DNA of 64,000 bases from Coraliomargarita sp. (GTDB lineage: Bacteria; Verrucomicrobiota; Verrucomicrobiia; Opitutales; Coraliomargaritaceae), in contig OZ244160.1 in the NCBI GenBank assembly GCA_965216325.1, positions 2,240,001 to 2,304,000 on the forward strand. The letters are read 5' to 3'. The translations under genes and the position numbers were made by a program. This document shows, in pieces, positions 60,235 through 64,000 of this stretch; the stretch's first letter is position 1, and every line of letters begins with the position of its first letter. Below the pieces are notes generated by a model. That model was not told where the DNA came from. It worked only from the letters and a program-made list of their open reading frames with translations, and did not search any database.

Positions 60235-61103
60235 TCCTGTTCACTGGTGGTCTGCTGCCACTCGATGGTATTCGACGCTTCTTTGACGGCGCGCGCAGAT
60301 TCAATTGGCCAGAGGGAGAGTAGGGCGAAAATGAAGAGGACGATGGACGCGATTGCGTGGCGTCGGGTGACCAGCTTGTTCTGAATGCGCAGCACCACGA
60401 CCGTGAGGTAGCCGAGCCAGACGAGGCAGGTGACGCTGAGCTTGAAGACTGGCACACGGTCTGAGTTCTCCAACCAGAAGACTGCGCCGAACAGGAGTGC
60501 CGCGCTGAGGCAGCCCACGCCAGTGATGAGTAGGCGGTAGCCGATGGTATCGAGTTGTTGGACGGAGGGGAGGTATTGGTAGATGCCTTTGAATTGCTTC
60601 TTCTTTAGACCGTGCTGCTGAATGAGGAACATCACGGACACCAGTGCGACGATGGCAAAGACGCCGTAGCTGAAAATTGCGAGTGCCGCATGGAGTTCGA
60701 TCCATGGGTTGCCGCCGAAGATGCCGGGCGGATAATCGCGGTCCCATGCCGGGATGAGCAGTGAAATGCCGGATAGGGCAGCGGCCAGACCTGCAGTGAA
60801 GAAGCCGAGCAGGCGCAGGCGGAACACCGGCCCAATGATAAAGTAGAGCAGCACGAAGGACCAACAGATGAACTGAGCGATCTCAAAACTATTGCCGAGT
60901 GGGCAGCCTTTGACTTCCATCCCGCGCAGGTTCAGGCCCAGCATTTGGAAGGCAAAGCCGCCGCAGAGTAGGGCAAACATCGCCGTTCGGGGGTAGCTCT
61001 TGCGCATCAACAAGGCCACCAGACCATACACAAAGGCCCCGAGATAAATCAGAGTGCCGATGGCGAGTGCGCTGCGATCGGTGATGGCGATTAGGTCGAA
61101 CAT
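60231..61103 (-). CDS. Cytochrome c assembly family protein (CcsA/HemX-like)
   Basis: Multi-[15 protein letters not shown]; lies between hemH and hemA. Confidence 0.75.
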   Translation of the reverse strand: MFDLIAITDRSALAIGTLIYLGAFVYGLVALLMRKSYPRTAMFALLCGGFAFQMLGLNLRGMEVKGCPLGNSFEIAQFICWSFVLLYFIIGPVFRLRLLGFFTAGLAAALSGISLLIPAWDRDYPPGIFGGNPWIELHAALAIFSYGVFAIVALVSVMFLIQQHGLKKKQFKGIYQYLPSVQQLDTIGYRLLITGVGCLSAALLFGAVFWLENSDRVPVFKLSVTCLVWLGYLTVVVLRIQNKLVTRRHAIASIVLFIFALLSLWPIESARAVKEASNTIEWQQTTSEQE

Positions 61104-61158
61104 GCGTTCTCCATCATTCTGTCCGAATGGAATCTGTCACGCTTTGTTTCAGCTGCGA

Positions 61159-62238
61159 CTAGCGCTTCATCGGTGCGACGTAGGCTGGCTCGGTTTTGCC
61201 GCCGGTCTGGTAAGCACCGTCCTTTTGCCAAGCGGTGACGCAATCCGCGAGATACTGCATGAATTTGGGCTGCGCGTTGAGGCAAGGGATCTGTTCGTAG
61301 CTTTCGCCGCCGGCTTCCATGAAGATCTCTTCGCCTTCGCCAGCGATCTCTTCGAGTGTTTCCAGGCAGTCTGCGGTGAAGGCTGGGCACATGATTTTAA
61401 CCTTCTTGATCCCCTGTGCCGGCAGTGACTCGAGGGTCTTGTCGGTGTAAGGCTGCAGCCAAGGCTCGCGGCCGAGGCGGGATTGGAAGGTGATCATGTA
61501 TTTATCCTTCGGCAGGCCGGCGGCCTCGACGAATTTCTCGACGGTCATCGCGCACTGGTGGCGATAGCAGGTCGAGTGGGCCGGGTGGCAAGTGTTGCAG
61601 CAGTCCGGTGTGGTCATGCAGTGGTCGTGCGAAGGGTCGCCCTTGACCAGGTGACGTTGAGGAATGCCGTGGAAGGAGAAAATCAATTTGTCGAAATCGT
61701 CTGCTTCAAGTGCGCGGCGTGCGGATTCGACCAGCGCCTCAATGTAGCCGGGGTCCTGATAGAAGGGCGGCATGAGTGTGGTTTTGATCTTGGGCGCATG
61801 CTCACGCACGAACTTCATCAGATACACCACGGCGGTCTCATAGCTGGACATCGCATAGTGTGGATACATCGGGATGATGAATAGGTCGTCGACACCTTGA
61901 TCAAGTAAGGCCTTTAGTGCGCCCTCGGTGCTTGGCTTGCCGTAGCGCATGCCGAGTTCGATTGGCAGGTCGACCAGTTCGGCGAGTGCGGCCTGTTGTT
62001 CGCGCGATGTGAGAATCAAAGGGGAGCCGTTTTCGGTCCAGATTTCCTTGTAGGCCTCGGCGGATTCCTTCGGGCGCTTCGGAAGAATCAGGCAGTTGAC
62101 CAGAAACCAGCGGATTGGCTTCGGTGCGTCGAGCACGCGCTCGTCCATCAGGAACTCACGCAGGTAGTTGCGCACGTCGCTGATTTCAGTGGAATCGGGT
62201 GAACCGAGATTGAGAAGGATGACTCCCTTTTTTGGCAT
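61159..62238 (-). CDS. hemH: Ferrochelatase
   Basis: [34 protein letters not shown]. Confidence 0.95.
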   Translation of the reverse strand: MPKKGVILLNLGSPDSTEISDVRNYLREFLMDERVLDAPKPIRWFLVNCLILPKRPKESAEAYKEIWTENGSPLILTSREQQAALAELVDLPIELGMRYGKPSTEGALKALLDQGVDDLFIIPMYPHYAMSSYETAVVYLMKFVREHAPKIKTTLMPPFYQDPGYIEALVESARRALEADDFDKLIFSFHGIPQRHLVKGDPSHDHCMTTPDCCNTCHPAHSTCYRHQCAMTVEKFVEAAGLPKDKYMITFQSRLGREPWLQPYTDKTLESLPAQGIKKVKIMCPAFTADCLETLEEIAGEGEEIFMEAGGESYEQIPCLNAQPKFMQYLADCVTAWQKDGAYQTGGKTEPAYVAPMKR

Positions 62239-62308
62239 AGTTGGTAGAGAAGCGGTGATGTGGTGGTTTTGTCAAACCCTGCCTAGATCGTTCGATCAGG
62301 CGAGAACC

Positions 62309-63433
62309 TTACTTGGTTTCGTTTTGGCGGTAGGCTTTGGGTGATGTGCGTGTTTTGGATTTGAACCAGGCAGAAAAGTGATGTGGCTCCGGGTAGCCGC
62401 AGCGCACACCGACTTCCATGATGGGAAGCTTAGTCGTGATAAGCAATTTCTTGGCCAGTTTGAGTCGTGCGTGCGAAAGTAATTGATAGGGGCTGGTGTT
62501 GAGCTGTTCTTTGACCGCGAGTTCGAGCACTCGGCGCGAGGCGCCGACACTGCGTGCGAGCTGTTCCATTTCCAGTTCCGGATCATCCAAATGCTCGTTG
62601 ATATGGTTGAGGGCTTGTTGGGCCACGCGCGCACGACTGGATGCCAGAGACGATTCGCGCGCAATGAGCTCGGCAGGCGTTTGCACTTGCAAGTCATTGT
62701 GTAGTTCGCCGCTGAGTAATTGTTCGTGCAGTGCTTGGGCCGCGAGGTAGCCGGTTTCGCGAATGGGTTGTTTGAAGCTACTGATACCAATCCCTGCAAA
62801 GATCGATTCGGAAGGATCGTTGTCCACCCCGACGACTAGATAGTCGCGTCCGCAGCGTAAGCCCTGTTGTCTGGCGCAAAGGATGAATTCGCGGGCGGAG
62901 AGGTCGTTTGAGCAGAATACGCCCATCAGCCCTTGGTCGATGGGCAGCGTTTGCACTTGTTTGGCAAATGCAGGCCCGGGGCGTAGCTCATGATAGGAGT
63001 GGCCATTCAGTCCCTTGGTGAAGCCCTCTTCACGTAAGCGTGTGTAGTGCACTCCGTCGGCGCCGAAAAAGGCAAACTGCTGCGCGCCCTGTTCAATGAG
63101 GTGCTTGGCCGCTGCGTGACCTGTTGCCCAGTCGTCCGGGCCGATGTTGGTGATGCTCTCGATCTTGGAAAAGTTGAACATGTTGACCGCCGCAACGCCT
63201 TTTTCCAGTAGGCCGCTGATCCAGCCGTCACTCACGAATGTGCCGATGGCGCCCGTCAGTTGTCCGGACGAGGCGAGCTCCATGAGTCGCACCTCAAATC
63301 CGAAATTCAGGGGCATCAGCTGCCATTCGAGCCGCGATTCGGCCACATAATCCGAGACCCCCGTGAAAATCGCCGCTGCGTGACGGAAATTCAGATCAAA
63401 GGCAATCGCGATGAGTGGCTCCTGAGTGGGCAT
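62309..63433 (-). CDS. XylR-type regulator (periplasmic-binding fold plus AraC HTH)
   Basis: VVGVDND; C-terminal CGYPEPHHFSAWFK...SPKAYR. Confidence 0.85.
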   Translation of the reverse strand: MPTQEPLIAIAFDLNFRHAAAIFTGVSDYVAESRLEWQLMPLNFGFEVRLMELASSGQLTGAIGTFVSDGWISGLLEKGVAAVNMFNFSKIESITNIGPDDWATGHAAAKHLIEQGAQQFAFFGADGVHYTRLREEGFTKGLNGHSYHELRPGPAFAKQVQTLPIDQGLMGVFCSNDLSAREFILCARQQGLRCGRDYLVVGVDNDPSESIFAGIGISSFKQPIRETGYLAAQALHEQLLSGELHNDLQVQTPAELIARESSLASSRARVAQQALNHINEHLDDPELEMEQLARSVGASRRVLELAVKEQLNTSPYQLLSHARLKLAKKLLITTKLPIMEVGVRCGYPEPHHFSAWFKSKTRTSPKAYRQNETK

Positions 63434-63512
63434 TTTATTTCGTAAATATATAACTATTTATACGTAAATGCGAAAATACATTTCCCGCAAGACCTGATAG
63501 AATGGTGCTACT

Positions 63513-64000
63513 ATGAAGAAAGCACTCATTACTGGCATCACTGGACAAGACGGCTCCTACCTGGCAGAACTCCTTCTTGAGAAGGGCTATGAAGTTCACG
63601 GCATCATTCGCCGTTGCTCGACTTTTAATACGCAGCGTATCGATCACCTCTACAATGACCCGCATGTGCACGGCACCAAACTCTTCCTGCACTATGGTGA
63701 TCTCGCGGATGGTGTGATGTTGATGAAGTTGCTCTATCAGCTCCAGCCGGACGAAATCTATCACCTCGGTGCCCAGAGCCACGTGCGTGTTTCGTTCGAT
63801 GTGCCCGAATATACCGGTGACGTTACTGGTCTGGGCACCCTTCGTTTGTTGGAGGCTATCCGTGAAGTTGGGCTCGAGAAGAAGACACGGTTCTACCAGG
63901 CCTCCTCATCCGAAATGTTCGGCATGGTGCAGGAAGTGCCACAAACAGAGAAGACTCCGTTTTACCCGCGCTCGCCCTATGGCTGTGCCAAGGTCTATGC
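63513..64000 (+). CDS. gmd: GDP-mannose 4,6-dehydratase (partial)
   Basis: [41 protein letters not shown]. Confidence 0.95.
   Translation, partial: MKKALITGITGQDGSYLAELLLEKGYEVHGIIRRCSTFNTQRIDHLYNDPHVHGTKLFLHYGDLADGVMLMKLLYQLQPDEIYHLGAQSHVRVSFDVPEYTGDVTGLGTLRLLEAIREVGLEKKTRFYQASSSEMFGMVQEVPQTEKTPFYPRSPYGCAKVY

Overview
Bacterial chromosomal window, probably Verrucomicrobiota (Opitutia/Coraliomargarita-like; inferred from gene content and repeat style only). Most of it is housekeeping: a Wzy-type EPS export trio, three tRNAs, an ECF sigma module, a ribonucleotide reductase whose NrdB has the class Ic signature, proA, ribE, an ars operon, cstA, dgt, hrpB, heme genes, recR, an ExbB/ExbD/TPR/TonB-like cluster, thrC and the start of gmd. 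The main accessory region is about 32.8-38.7 kb, between slyX and hemY. It holds seven minus-strand gene cassettes, each closed by an attC-type hairpin whose inverse core exactly complements the first bases of the same cassette. No integrase is present in the window (CALIN-like). Two cassettes, and both array ends, use a non-canonical GAT core instead of GTT. The last two attC sites are each interrupted by an antisense group IIC intron, one encoding an RT and one ORF-less with a degenerate domain V, and in both cases the intron supplies the cassette gene's stop codon. Also present: a tRNA-Asn-anchored island remnant with a nonsense-inactivated RelE/HigB toxin, an anSME pseudogene, and several REP-like palindrome families. 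All product calls come from motif recognition by eye; no database searches were run.
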